A DNA stretch of 64,000 bases from assembly GCF_028641065.1 (NCBI RefSeq), contig NC_073409.1, forward strand, positions 11,036,001 through 11,100,000, read 5' to 3'. This document shows positions 1-12,111 of this stretch, one piece after another (position 1 is the stretch's first letter; every line of letters starts with the position of its first letter). The notes under the pieces were generated by a model. It was not told the DNA's origin. It worked only from the letters and a program-made list of their open reading frames with translations, and did no database searches. The DNA comes from Leucoraja erinacea (taxonomy: Eukaryota). The position numbers and the translations under genes are program-made.

Positions 1-29
1 GCTCCAATTTCCTATGTTCTTTTACTTAC

Positions 30-84
30 AATTCTTCCGAACCCTTGACTCCAAACTTATTTTATTAATCTCTTCTAATTCCTC
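30..84 (-). CDS. HACD3: HACD3 (very-long-chain 3-hydroxyacyl-CoA dehydratase 3) coding exon 5; gene continues past the left edge
   Basis: cag|GAG GAA TTA...AAG AAT T|gtaagt encodes EELEEINKISLESRVRKN, similar to human EEERLNKLRLESEGSPE; in phase with exon 4. Confidence 0.85.
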
Positions 85-268
85 CTGTAAAGGGAGAATA
101 AAATTATGTAATTACATAATAGTTGTATTATGTAAATATCTTCCATAATCTTATAATACGTAGAAATTGGGTTAAAAAGAAAAAACAACAAACAAGTCTG
201 TAAAGCACAAAGTTTATCCGGCTGATCATGAAATATGAGAATACACAAAGTTTCCTCGACAAAATTAC

Positions 269-433
269 CTTTTCCCTAAGTTCTGTTTCAGCATCAGACT
301 CATCCAGCCATCGGTCAAAATCAGGAACTAAGAATATTGGTTTCTTTTCCTGTTTTGTCAGTCTGTCCCACCATTTGCTCTCTATTTTCTTCACCGTGAT
401 ATTTACTTGTCTTTCTGTGGTTTTGAACAGCGG
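269..433 (-). CDS. HACD3: HACD3 coding exon 4
   Basis: 165 nt, tag|...|gtaatt; PLFKTTERQVNITVKKIESKWWDRLTKQEKKPIFLVPDFDRWLDESDAETELREK, the CS/p23-like domain motif of HACD3. Confidence 0.95.
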
Positions 434-1891
434 CTATTAAGGCAAACAATTTTAGAGTAAATTTCCTGTAAATAAAGTTACGTGGCTCAAAATTGAACAA
501 AGACATTCTTATCAAAACTCATACGTTTGTACAGAAACAGAGGAGCTCCATAGAAGAAAGCCTGGAGAACCTGAACATCCCCATCGCTGTATGTAAGAAT
601 TTCATTCTTCCATCGTCAGTACATCAGACAATTAAACACACTTGCCTTTACTTTCGACTTGAAAATACAACAATTTTTTTTTGGAAGTCAAAACCTGATA
701 TCAAATTTTCAGAATCACAAAATAATATTTTTTTTGTAAATTCATTTTCAGGGTCTGGGCATTAAATGCTGGCTATTTCTAATTGCCTTTGTGAAGACAG
801 TAGTGAGCCACTTCTCAAACTACTGCAGTACTTCTGGTGAAGCTGACCTCACCAGTTCTGATGCTTAGTATTTAGAACCAATGACGACTGAGGGCAGGCA
901 ATATATTTCCACGCTGAAGATGTTATGTGACTGGGAGGGGAAGCTGCAAGTGGTTAAGTTTGCCTGTGGATGCTGCCATTGTCCTTTTGTGGGTGTCATA
1001 ATTTGTATGTTTGGGAACTGCTGTCAGAATGGCTGCAGTGCATTTTGTAGATGATGCACAGAGCAGCCAATGAGCTTCGGTGGAGATGAGAATCTATTCA
1101 TCACTGAAGCTCTGATCTTGTGCTCTTCCGGTTTGTGCGGTTTTTCTATGGTGTGTAACTATGATAATCATTCCAGCATTATGCACACCATGTGAGCAAA
1201 ACAATTTAATCTTACACTAGTCACATCTCCAAAATTACCATTCTAACAGCCTAAACTGATTCTAATCTTTAGATTAATTGCGGTCTTCTTTATAGACGTA
1301 TTCAGATTAACTTAGCCTTCAGATGTATGCTGAGAACCAGCCATTGCGAATGAAGATATGTTGTAGGCACGGTTATGTTATAGATTCAATTGTACATATA
1401 ATTATCGTTTGAAATTAGCAGCAAACCAATATTTATCAAAAAGTGGCTGGAGAGTATGAAATGTTTTGGCCTATAAACTGAAGGACTGAATATATTCAAT
1501 GTTATACCACTTTATTTCCCACTCCCTACACACTAGGGCAATTGACCTATAATCCCACACGTCTTTGGAATGTGGGAGAAAACCGGAGCACCTAGAGGAA
1601 ACTCACGCTATCACAGCAAGGGCGTGCAAACTCCACACAGACGGCACCCGGGTTAGGATCGAACCCGGTTCTCTAGTGCTGCAAGGCAGTTCTGTTATCC
1701 CACTTTCATATTTGTACGTTTCACTGACTGGATAGCACGCAACCAAAGAGCTTTTCACTGTCCCTTGGCACACGTGACAAACTAAAATAAAGATCCTTTC
1801 CAAATTGTGCAAGCCATTAAAAATAATCAACTTTCATTAGGTTACGTGACAGAATTAAAATCAATGCCCGATGTTAAACTACCAGTCTTAC

Positions 1892-1965
1892 CGCAGAATT
1901 CACCGCTTCCAGGAATGCCAAGCGGAATTCATAGGCATTATCTCCTTTTGCTCCATGGCCATGTG
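1892..1965 (-). CDS. HACD3: HACD3 coding exon 3
   Basis: 74 nt, cag|...|gtaag; (A)HGHGAKGDNAYEFRLAFLEAVNSA vs human AQGHGAKGDNVYEFHLEFLDLVKPE. Confidence 0.93.
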
Positions 1966-3914
1966 CTGGAGGTGCAGAAGAAAATTGTTATTAAATGCGT
2001 GACATGCAACACGAGATTACACCCAAATTCCTCTCAGAAGCGACACTATTATCTGGAACACAAAAACTCAAGTAAATAGGAGTAGGAGCAAGCTAACAGG
2101 CCCTTCAAGCCAGCCCCACCATTTAATATGATCATGGCTAATCTATGCTGGCCTCAACTCCTCTTCTGTGAAATTCTCCACAATGCTCTGTTCCTTCATC
2201 GATCAAATATTTATCCAAATCCATTTCTCACGCGTTAGCTTCTACCACACACCCGGGCAGAGAATTCCAAAGATTGACAACCCTCTGCGAGAAGAAATTT
2301 CTGCATAGGTCAGATTTAAACAACCACTCTCTTATCTTGTAGTGATATTCTCCTGTTCGAGACTCTCCCATTCATGAAAAAATCTCAAAATTTAGCCTGG
2401 TATGTCCTCTTACGTTCCAGATTTCATCATCTGTAGTATATTGTTTCCCAGTAGAGTCTTATGTGTTTGGATAAAGTCACTCCTTCTCCTAAATTCCAAG
2501 AAATATAACTGACAATTACAGACTATTCAATCACATTTGGTAGGATAACCCTCACATCCCAGGAATTAGCCAAGTGAATTTCAGACTGAGCCCAATTTAC
2601 TATGTCTTTCATTGGTAAGCAGATCAAAACCATACATAGTATTTCAGATGAGGCTCTATTCACAAAATTGCAACAAAACCTCATATTGTTTTGAACTATT
2701 TGTCAGACACAAACACGATTTTCATTGTATCTGTACCTCATCTTACTTGTGCATATGACAATAAACTTGACCTGCCTGTTAGTTTATTTGTGATTCATCA
2801 CTAGAACACCCAAATCCCTCCGTGTGCTTCAGTGGTCTTCAGTCTCTTTCCATTTAGATAATGATCTGCTTTTTGATTTTATTTGTCAAACTTTGTGACC
2901 TTACACTTCCCCACATTAGAACATATAACAGCACAGGAAAAGGCACTGGTCCACAATGTCTGTGTCGAACATGATGCCAAGTTAAACTAATCTCTGCCTG
3001 CATGTGCTGCATATCCCTTCATTTTCCATGTACCCATGTAAAAGCCTCTTTAGTTTAGTTTAGTTGACAGATACAGCACAGAAATACCAGCGGGCATACC
3101 ATTCAATCATCAGTAACTCTAAAAATGGACTATTGTAGAACTCCATTGGGTCACATTTATTTGGGTTCATTTGGGAAAGGATTGTATTCTTTCGCAGATA
3201 GAGCCAATGAACCTCTCATCTTCCTTAACTAAGTGGAATCTATAATATCCACCAATTTGCTTTCCCCAGATCTACATATTCACAAGGCACAATCTTGACT
3301 ATTAAGAATTTTTTTTAACTTTGTATAAGTACACCTTGTCGGAACAAAAATTATCTACACAAATTGGATGACCAGTGTCTAGACCACTTGACCACTCAAA
3401 AAGAGTGGCCTTTCTTTGCACAGCTACATCATGTGATTTAGAAATCACCCTCTACTTGTAAGTATCAATACTTTCAATGGAAATAGTTTGTTGGCATCAT
3501 CTCCTACTAAATATTTAAACATTTATAAGTATGTGTTTAATGCTTTGAGAACATTATACAACATGTTAATGTTTATTGGGTTGTTTGGTGTTAGACAGGA
3601 TCTGTGTATTGTTGTAATCACTAGGAAGTCAGCGCTCTTGTCCCTTACAGTTAATGAGAATTTATTAGGTGTTATTGTTAAAAGAAACTCACTGCTGCTA
3701 TGAAGAGAGCCAAAAACCCAGCTTACTGCAGTTTAGAGAACATATTTTCTTCCTAATCTCATTATAACTCAACTGTTATGATACCTAGGATAAATGTAAT
3801 TCATCCAGAACAAAACAGAATGTTATTTGAGAGGTCTGTCCATTATACAAAGCTTAAAGATAAACTACAAACCCAATTAAAATTGGCTCAATGCCGAGAA
3901 TCTACCAGTATTGG

Positions 3915-4205
3915 ATTAGTTTAGGTTAGAGAAACAGCGCGGAATCAGGCCCTTCGGCCCACCAGGTCTGCGCCAACCAGCGATCCCCACACATTAACAC
4001 CATCCTTACAATTTTTACATTTACCAAGCCAATTAACCTACAGTCTTTGGAGTGTGGGAGGAAACCAAAGATCTCGGAGAGAACCCACGCAGGTCACGGG
4101 GAGAATGTACAAACTCCGTACAGACAGCACCCATTGTCAGGATCGAACCCAGGTCTCCAGCGCTGCATTCACTGTAGGCAGCAACTCTACCGCTGCGCCA
4201 CCATG
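3915..4205 (-). mobile_element. tRNA-derived SINE, HE1/V-SINE-like, near full length
   Basis: Reverse complement has A-box TGGCGCAGCGG, B-box GGTTCGATCC, central GGTTTCCTCCCACACTCCAAAGAC and a CR1-like tail; related copies near 1525-1695, 12112-12210, 23921-24135 and 57945-58050. Confidence 0.8.
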
Positions 4206-4830
4206 ACGATTGATGCAACTTTTTACTATCATTCCATGTTATGATCTTACGGTTTTAACTTGCACACTGTATACTTTGCTGAATTTAAACACTTGCTTTT
4301 GACCAATTGCATGAATTTGGGTTACAAGCTTTTCCCACAGAATTCATGATACTTAAATGAGCGAGATGTATGTCTTTGCACCTGGACTGTGGTAAAGAAA
4401 CCAAAAACCAGAAACCAAAACTGGTAATTGCAAGAATAGGTATTTCTGAATTTAACTCAAATGCATGGAAATTACAGAAAATTTACACATCTTCCTTTAG
4501 AAGATGAACCAATTTTACAAATATTTTCTACAATTGATCCCCGAACCCCCCCTCCCCCTGCCCACATAATACAAACAAGAGAACATTAACACATACTTTT
4601 TAAACACACTAAAAATAACAACAAAAAGAGACAAAAGGAGACAGACTGTAGGCGAGCGCAACCCACCTGCATGCCATTAACTCTGATCAGAGCATAACTA
4701 CATGACGCATAACACTTTTATAGTACCAGAACTTTTAGTTATTATTTCCCATTAATAAAGATTTGTGTAAGGGGATGTATTATCATGAATCGTCAGGGCA
4801 CAAGAGACCATTAAGCCATTTTAAAATTAC

Positions 4831-4873
4831 CTCTGAAGAAGAGGGTATTTTCAGAGATCGTGACATCAGGTTT
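4831..4873 (-). CDS. HACD3: HACD3 coding exon 2
   Basis: 43 nt, cag|AAA CCT GAT...AGA G|gtaatt; KPDVTISENTLFFR vs human NPAISITENVLHFK. Confidence 0.9.
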
Positions 4874-5189
4874 CTGTTGACAGAGAAAGCAGTTAAATGG
4901 GTGGTATTTACTGCTTACAGTTTCACCAAAACATTCTCCAATTTCATACATTATCCAAGCTAGAGGCTCATCTCTTCCCCTCCCTTACTCACTCTTTGGC
5001 ACGTATGTTACCTCCCTCATTCTTCTTGATGTTTTCAAGAGATAGTTAGATTTAGCTCTTGGGGCTAAAGGAATCAAGGGATATGGGGGGGGGGGGGTGG
5101 AGCAGGAACGGGGTACTGATTTTAGATGATCAGACATGACTGGCTCAAAGGGTCGAATGGCCTACTCCTGCACCTATTTTCTATGTTAC

Positions 5190-5740
5190 TCCGGGGTGCG
5201 CGCGTCTCCCCCTCACTCTTCCCAAGTACGCGCACTGCCTCCCCTCAGTCCTCATCAGAGCGCGCCTCCCTCCCTCCTTTCTCCCCTTTCACCAAAGATT
5301 ATAGAGGAGCTCCTCTCATCTTTGCCTTTCACTCAGCCCCTGAACGCGCCGATACTTCACGTCTCGTGCGCGCGCGCGCGAGAGAGAGAGAGTGGGTGGC
5401 CCGTCCCGCACTCGAGCCGCTTCACCTGCACATCGCTCAGGTCCACCCTGAGAAACAGCTCGCCGTGCCTCTGCGCCCAGTACACGTGCGGAGTCAGGCT
5501 CTGGCCCTGAGGCTGGCTCGGGGCCTGCATCTCGGCGCGGAGAGGAGATGAGATGAGATGACAAGCGGCCGGACTCCGTATCGGAACCGTCGCCTCGCCG
5601 CCGCGCTCCGTCCCCGCTTTACTGGAACAATCTGCACGGCAGACGTGCGCGTCACACGGAGCCGGCGGACCGCCCGCCAGCAGGTGCGCGCACGCACACA
5701 CGCTCCTGGACCGTCAGCTGCCTCTGCGTCCCTTCTTGGA
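5190..5740. promoter_or_regulatory. CpG island / HACD3 promoter and first exon
   Basis: Dense CpG and GC-rich sequence around the HACD3 start, with GCGC-rich motifs upstream. Confidence 0.7.
5426..5530 (-). CDS. HACD3: HACD3 coding exon 1 (start codon)
   Basis: ATG at 5530; MQAPSQPQGQSLTPHVYWAQRHGELFLRVDLSDVQ|gtgaag matches the HACD3 N-terminus LTPHVYWAQRHxELxLRVxLSDVQ; lies in a CpG island. Confidence 0.93.
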
Positions 5741-6129
5741 AGCAGCTTACAATTTTGAGAGCAGCCCTTTGTGCACAGCATGCTCCCAGTGGAATAAATA
5801 TTGGTACTAGTTTATTATTATCACGTGTACCGAGATACACGGAAAAACCTTGTTCTCTCCAGACAGTTCTGACATAACCATACGTGAGTACAACAGGTAG
5901 TGCAAACGAAAGGAGAAAGAAAAATGTGGAATGTAGTGTTATAGCTTCAGAAAACGTGAGACGGAAGGAACTGCAGATACTGGTGTATAAAAAAAAGACA
6001 CAAAGTGCTGGAGTAGCTTCTATGTAAAACATGCAATAGGAAAATGGGAAAATGCACATCTGTTCCCACCACCTCCCCTAGCAACACGTTACAGGCCCTC
6101 GATATTTAAAATAAACTTGCCTCGCACAT

Positions 6130-7835
6130 CTGAATTGAATAACTTGAATTGAATAACCTTTAATAATCCTTTACAGGAAATTACAGTGCCACAACAGCTT
6201 CAAGACAGACATAACACCACACATTTCAACAGATATCTTCAATACATAATAAGTTAAAATTTTTGTGCATTATAAAACCTTATAGCAGCTGGTATACAAG
6301 ACTTCCTATGTCTCTCCGTTTTGCACATTGGTGCAATCAGTCTCTGACTGAAGATGCTGCACTTGATCACCTTCAGGGCGTGGAGTGGGTGAGTGGGGTT
6401 GGTCATTATTGAGCCTAGTTTTTTCAGAGTTCTGGCCTCTGCCACCTGCTTGACCGTTAGTTGCTCTGCCCCAACCACTGAGCCGGCCTTCCTGATCAGC
6501 TTATCCATCTGTTTTTCCGCTATTCGGGCGCCTTCTCCCCAACAGGCCACAGCAAAAAACAGAGCACTGGCCACCACTGAATGGTAGACACTGCACAGTA
6601 GGGGTTGACAGATATTAAATGACTTTAGCCTCCTTAAAAAATACAGTCTACTTTGTCCCTTTCTGTACACCGCCTCCATATGACTCTTCCAGTCCAGCTC
6701 ACTGTCAAGCTGCGCACCAAGGTACCTGTGGTTGGCGACCACCTCCACTCAGTGCCCCTGATGGTGATTGGTGTTGGTTGAGTCCTCCTCCTCCCCCTCC
6801 TGAAATCCACAACTATCTCCTTCGTTTTTTTGGTGTTGAGATGGAGATTATTGTGTGCACTCCACTCCACAAAGTTGTTAATTGTGTCTCTATACTCCTC
6901 CTCATTGCCCCCTTTGATGAGGCCTACAACAGCTGTGTCATCTGAAAATTTCTGCAAAAAGCAGCTGTTGGTGTTATATTGACAATCCGCTGTGTAGATG
7001 GTAAACAGGAATGGAGCCAGCACAGTTCCTTGTGGAGCCCCTGTGCTGCTCATGATGGTGCTTGAGACATTGTTCTGTAGGCGCACATACTGTGGTCTGA
7101 GGAAAAGGTAATCCAAACACCACAGTACCATTAATGGATCCACCTTCATCTTCTCCATCTTCTCCCCTAGCAGTCGAGGCTGAATTGTGTTAAAAGCGCT
7201 AGAGAAGTCAAAGAATGTAATTCTTACAGATGCATCAGGGATGTCCAGATGTGTGTACGCCCTCTGCAGCATGTAAATAAGGGCATCATCGACACTGATG
7301 TTGGGCTGATATGCAAACTGTAAAGGATCCATTTGAGTTGACACACTAGTCCTGAGGTAGGAGAGGAGCAAGTCTCTCAAATGTCTTCATAATATGTGAA
7401 GTGAGCGCTACTGGTCTGTAGTCATTGTGGTGAGTGGGATAGGTCTTCTTTGGGACAGGTACCAGGCAAGATGTTTTCCACAGCCTTGGGACCTTCTGTA
7501 GACGCAAGCTCAGGTTGAACAGGTGTGTTAGGATACCACACAACTCTGAGGAGCAAGTCTTCAGTAGCCTTGGGCTGATGTCATCGGGCCCCACTGCTTT
7601 CCCTGGCTTCAGTCTGTCCAGCATCATCTTGACCTGCGCAGTATGAAGAGTCATAGGTAGGGCTGGTGGTGTAGTAGTAGGTGGGAAGGGGGGACCCCGT
7701 GCAGATGACATCTCAGGAGTATTGGAGAGAGGGAGGGGAGATGGTGAGGAAGCATCAACGGTCAGCAGACCAGGTGGGGGAGGCTGAGATTGTGTTGGGC
7801 AGTCAAATCTGTTGAAAAATCTGTTCAGATCATCT
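6130..7835 (-). mobile_element. 5'-truncated Rex1/Babar-type non-LTR retrotransposon (RT in three frameshifted ORFs)
   Basis: ORFs 7346-7711, 6634-7380 and 6254-6748 join into an RT with KAVGPDDISPRLLK, NDYRPVALTSHIMKTFERL, FFDFSSAFNTIQP, GAPQGTVLAPFLF and LQKFSDDTAVVG; short tandem-repeat tail at 6131-6156. Confidence 0.85.
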
Positions 7836-8830
7836 CCTTTAAACTTTCCCTTCTTAGCCTAAAGATCTGCTCTCTAGTACTTAATATTTCCACCCTACTG
7901 AAAGGATTCTCACTATCTACATCTCTCATAATTGTATGAAATTCTATCAGGTCTCCCCTGTCTCCAGAGAAAACAATCCAAATTTGTTCAACCTTCCCTT
8001 AAAGCTAATGACTTATAATCCATGCAACATCCTGGTGAACCTCTTCTGCACCCCCTCCATATCCTCCCTGCAATGAAAGGACCAGAACTGCACAGAACAC
8101 CTCAAGTGTGGCCTAATAAAAGTTTTTAAAAAGCTCCATGACTTCCAGACATACTTAATGCCCCATCCAACAAAAGCAAACATTCATGTTTTCTACCCTC
8201 ATCTACTTGCAATGTCATTTTCATATAGCTATGGATTTTCACCAGAAGATCCCTCTGCATATCAACACTCCTAAGTGTCCTACATGCAGCATGAATATTG
8301 AATTCTCCAATTATAGATAACCAACATTCCCTGTTCCCTTATTTCTCCTTTAGATCAACTAGATCCTCTCATACACCCAGTGTTTTCCAAACTCAACCCC
8401 AAACCCTAACAATCCATTATAAGTTCCCCTCACATTTGATTTCCCAAAGTACAACTCCAAATTAACAAACTCCCATTAACACCAAATGCCATTTCTCTGC
8501 CATATCTTCAACTGACTATCATGCTGTATCCTTAAACAACCTTCTATCCATAACTGCACGATTTTTGGGGCCATATGCAAACAATAATTAACTCATTTGC
8601 ATTGCGTCCAAGACATTTATATATATCACACACAGCAGAGGTCCAGATATCCCTGTGGAATACCACTGGCCAAAAACCTGCATTTAGAGAAACACCTCTC
8701 CATGAGTACTGTCTTCAATGGCCAAACTAGTTTTGAATCCAGTCTACCAAGTCACCTTGAATCCTATGCATCTTAATCTTCTGATCACCAACCACGAGGA
8801 ACCTTGTCAACTATGTCTCACTGTGGAACT
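7836..8830 (-). mobile_element. Degenerate CR1-type LINE fragment
   Basis: Decayed CR1 RT/3' motifs (ccagaactgcaca..., ctcaagtgtggcctaa, aaaacaatccaaatttg) like other CR1 copies in the window. Confidence 0.55.
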
Positions 8831-9079
8831 TGAAGAATTTCAAAAATCTTTGCTTGCATTGCTCCCCCCATTCCCATTGCGTTTACCTATTCCAGCAAAT
8901 TTCACAAAACGAAGCTTTTTTTTCATTTAATCGATCTAATTCAATATATATATCTAAGTATATTTATAACATTGCAACTATTCTTCTGCGTCATCCAATC
9001 GTTCCTCAACCAGGTTTTAATGAAGTCATTATTTATTGTTTTGCTGTTTCTAGTCATTTTTTTCACACTGTATATTTAT

Positions 9080-9660
9080 TCTGGCGAGTAGGGGCGAGGT
9101 TAGATGAAGGGAGAGAGCGACTGAGGAACCCGGTTAGTCCGAGAGAGAGCAGGTTCCGCGCTAACCTGCCAGGTTTAACGCGGAAGTTCGCGAAGATCGC
9201 CGGTGATTCTTGGCGTTATCCGGGGCTGGGAGGCGGTGGTGAAGATGGAGGAGGAGGAAGCGGGGGCCGGGGCCGGAGCCGGAGCCGCGGCCAGGAACGG
9301 GGCCTGGGCCGCTCTGGAGCCGGGAGAAGGCGCGGGCCAGGCGCCGGCGCCGGGGCCTGGGCTCGGACAGCCTCCTCCGCCGCCGCTCTGTAACTGGCAG
9401 GCGACCCAGAGCTCGGTGCGGGAACGCTTCGCCTTCCTGTTCAACAACGAACTGCTGAGCGACGTCCACTTCGCGGTGGGGAAGGGTCGCGGGGCCCAGC
9501 GCTTCCCCGCCCACCGTTTCGTGCTCGCCGTCGGCAGCGCCGTCTTCGACGCCATGTTCAACGGTGGCATGGCCACCCGCTCGGCCGAGGTGGAACTGCC
9601 CGACGTGGAGCCCGCCGCCTTCCTGGCGCTACTCAGGTGAGGGTTAGTGACCTTTCGGCC
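9080..9660. promoter_or_regulatory. CpG island / BTBD1 promoter
   Basis: CpG-rich; ETS-type GCGGAAGT at 9180-9187 upstream of ATG 9245. Confidence 0.7.
9245..9636 (+). CDS. BTBD1: BTBD1 (BTB-BACK-PHR cullin-3 adaptor) coding exon 1
   Basis: MEEEEAGAG...[31 protein letters not shown]...[25 protein letters not shown]...[10 protein letters not shown]|gtga. Joined CDS of 8 exons is 1440 nt (479 aa + stop). BTBD1 is preferred over BTBD2 because of [15 protein letters not shown] and EYID-like residues and the C15orf40-RAMAC-HOMER2 neighbours. Confidence 0.9.
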
Positions 9661-9833
9661 GATCAGTGGATTTCGGCCATTCATTGTCGCTTCACCAGCG
9701 GGGCCTTGAGACTCGGTTTCAATGTCCACCCTGAAAAGATGCCGGGATTGTCATTTGAGATGAATGATTATTTATCAATAAGCAAGATATGTGAAGCCCA
9801 TCTGCTGTTTATTAAGATCCAAGATCTTTGGTG

Positions 9834-12111
9834 CTGGGCTCTCACTTAACTTTTTTTCTCTGTTTCCAGCAGGGCAACCTAGGCAGTTGTTTAGGTTGCC
9901 AAATTTCAGTTTGGGTGGTCATTTAAGACGGCTTACATGATGCGTGAGATAATGTGCTTGGACAATTATGCTCAATGAAGCATTCACATATTATTTCTGC
10001 TTCAAATAAAGTCACAAACTAAACATATTCACCAATCAAGACATGATAAAAACCACGTGTTTAAGAAGGAACTGCGGATGCTGGAAAATCGAAGGTAGAC
10101 AAAAATGCTGGAGAAACGGATGCTGCTGCGCACGCTGAGTTTCTCCAGCATTTTTGTCTACCTATAATATATACCACAATGCAACAAAATTATAATACAG
10201 TATCTCAACTCTTTTTACATGTTTCAATGAATGCAATTTATATTATTTCTTTCCACTTCCAAACAAAAATGTAGTTGAATTATTCAGCGTATGATGAACC
10301 TCCGTGAGACCAAGCGCATGCTTGGCGTTCGATTCGCACAACACCTCCACTCAGTTCGCAATAACCAACCTGATCCCCCGGTGGCTCAAAACTTCAACTC
10401 CCCCTCCCATTCCGAATCTGATATTTCTGTCCCGGGCCTCCTCCATGGCCAGAGTGAGGCCCACCGCAAATTGGAGGAACAGCACCTCGTATTTCGCTTG
10501 GGTAGTTTACAACCCCAGCGGTATGAACATTGGCTTCTCCAATTTCAGGTAGTCCTTGCTTTCTACCTCCTTCCCCTCCGATTCCCAGCTATCCCACATC
10601 CTACTGTTTCCGCCTCTTCCTTTCTTTTTCCAGCCCACCCCCACCCGACATCAGTCTAAAGAAGGTTCTCGACCCAAAACGTCGCCTATTCCTTCGCTCC
10701 ATAGATGCTGCCTCACCTGCTGATTTTCTCCAGCTTTTTTGTCTGCCAACGGGACCCCACCACTGGCCACATCTTCCCATCTACTCCCCTATCGGCTTTC
10801 CGCAGAGACTGCTCCCTCTGTAACTCCCTGGTCAATTCGTCCCTTCCCACCCAAACCACCCCCTCTCCTGGCACTTTTCCTTGCAACCGCAGGAAATGCT
10901 ACACTTGTCGCTTTACCTTCCCCTTTGACTCCATTCAAGGACCCAAGCAGTCTTTCCAGGTGCGGCAGAGGATCACCTGCACCTCCTCCAACCTCATCTA
11001 TTGCATCCGCTGCTGTAGGTGTCAGCTGCTCTACATCGGTGAGACCAAGCGTAGGCTTGGCAATCGCTTTGCCCAACACCTCCGCTCGGTTTGCAATAAC
11101 CAACCTGATCTCCCGGCAGCTCGGCATTCAACTCTTCCTCCCATTCCGAATCCGACCTTTCTGTCCCGGGCCTCCTCCATGGCCAGAGTGAGGCCCACCG
11201 TAAATTGGAGGAGCAGCACCTCATATTTCGCTTGGGCAGTTTACACCCCAGTGGTATGAACATTGACTTCTCCAATTTTAGGTAGTCCCTGCTTTCTCCT
11301 CCCCTTCCCAGCTCTCCCTCAGCCCACTGTCTCTGCCTCTTCCTTTCTTCTTCCCACTCCCCTCCACCCTCACATCAGTTTGAAGAAGGGTCTCGACACG
11401 AAACTTCACCTATTTCCTTCGCTCCATAGATGCTGCTTCACCTGCTGAGTTTTATTGTCATGTGTCCCCAGATAGGACAATGAAATTCTTGCTTGCTGCA
11501 GCACAACAGAATATGTACAGAACAGGAGATAAAAGTTCAGTGTGTCTATATACCATAGACCATATATATATATATATATATACAATAAATAAACAGATAA
11601 AGTGCATTAGGCTGTTATTTTTCAGTTTGGTGGTGGAGGGTCCACTCTAGTTTAAATTTCATGTGTAATATTTTTGGAGGATCATGAAACCAAGAAGCAA
11701 GAGTTACTCCAACTCCAGGGAGTGATTCTGCGTTGGTTTTTAGCGGTCGCGGCGAGGCGGCGACTGGACAGCAATGGCAGCCAGATCTCCCACAATGCAA
11801 AGGGAGGGAGAAAGTGCCCAGCGCCTACCAGTTGCCGAGGCAGTGCGCATGTGCAGGAGGAGGATATGCAGGCCGTGGCAGTGCGCATGTGCAAGGCCGT
11901 CGGCAGATGAGCGGGTGAAGAACAGAGAGCGGATGGCAGGCAGAGACGGAGAGTGACAGAGAGAGAGATAGAGAGGGGGGCCCCCACTCAGAATTGAACT
12001 GCAGATGTCCCGGGTGCTTGCCAAGCCGGGCAAAATGGCACGGCTTTTAGGTTGCCCGGTGGGACTTTAGGTCACCATTGTCACCCGGGCAACCATTAAT
12101 TTCGAGCCTTG
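9834..12111. mobile_element. Putative non-autonomous hAT-like DNA element interrupted by Penelope-like insertions
   Basis: Imperfect terminal inverted repeats: CTGGGCTCTCACTTAAC at the left end and TTAATTTCGAGCCTTG at the right; repeated GGTTGCC/GGCAACC subterminal motifs at both ends; no clean TSD. Confidence 0.4.
10300..11452 (+). mobile_element. Two tandem 5'-truncated Penelope-like element (PLE) copies with GIY-YIG endonuclease
   Basis: ORF 10705-11259: GTFPCNRRKCYTC...CTSSNLIYCIRCCRCQLLYIGETKRRLGNRFAQHLRSV; the same endonuclease end and 3' repeat occur at 10300-10745 and 10746-11452. Confidence 0.85.

Noticed and set aside
5126-6059. Many overlapping ORFs of 66-141 aa around the HACD3 start
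   Set aside because: By-product of stop-poor GC-rich CpG-island sequence; only the 35-codon HACD3 exon is recognisable.
8830-9729. Long ORFs of 184-187 aa overlapping BTBD1 exon 1
   Set aside because: Alternative-frame or antisense shadows of a GC-rich exon with no recognisable domain.
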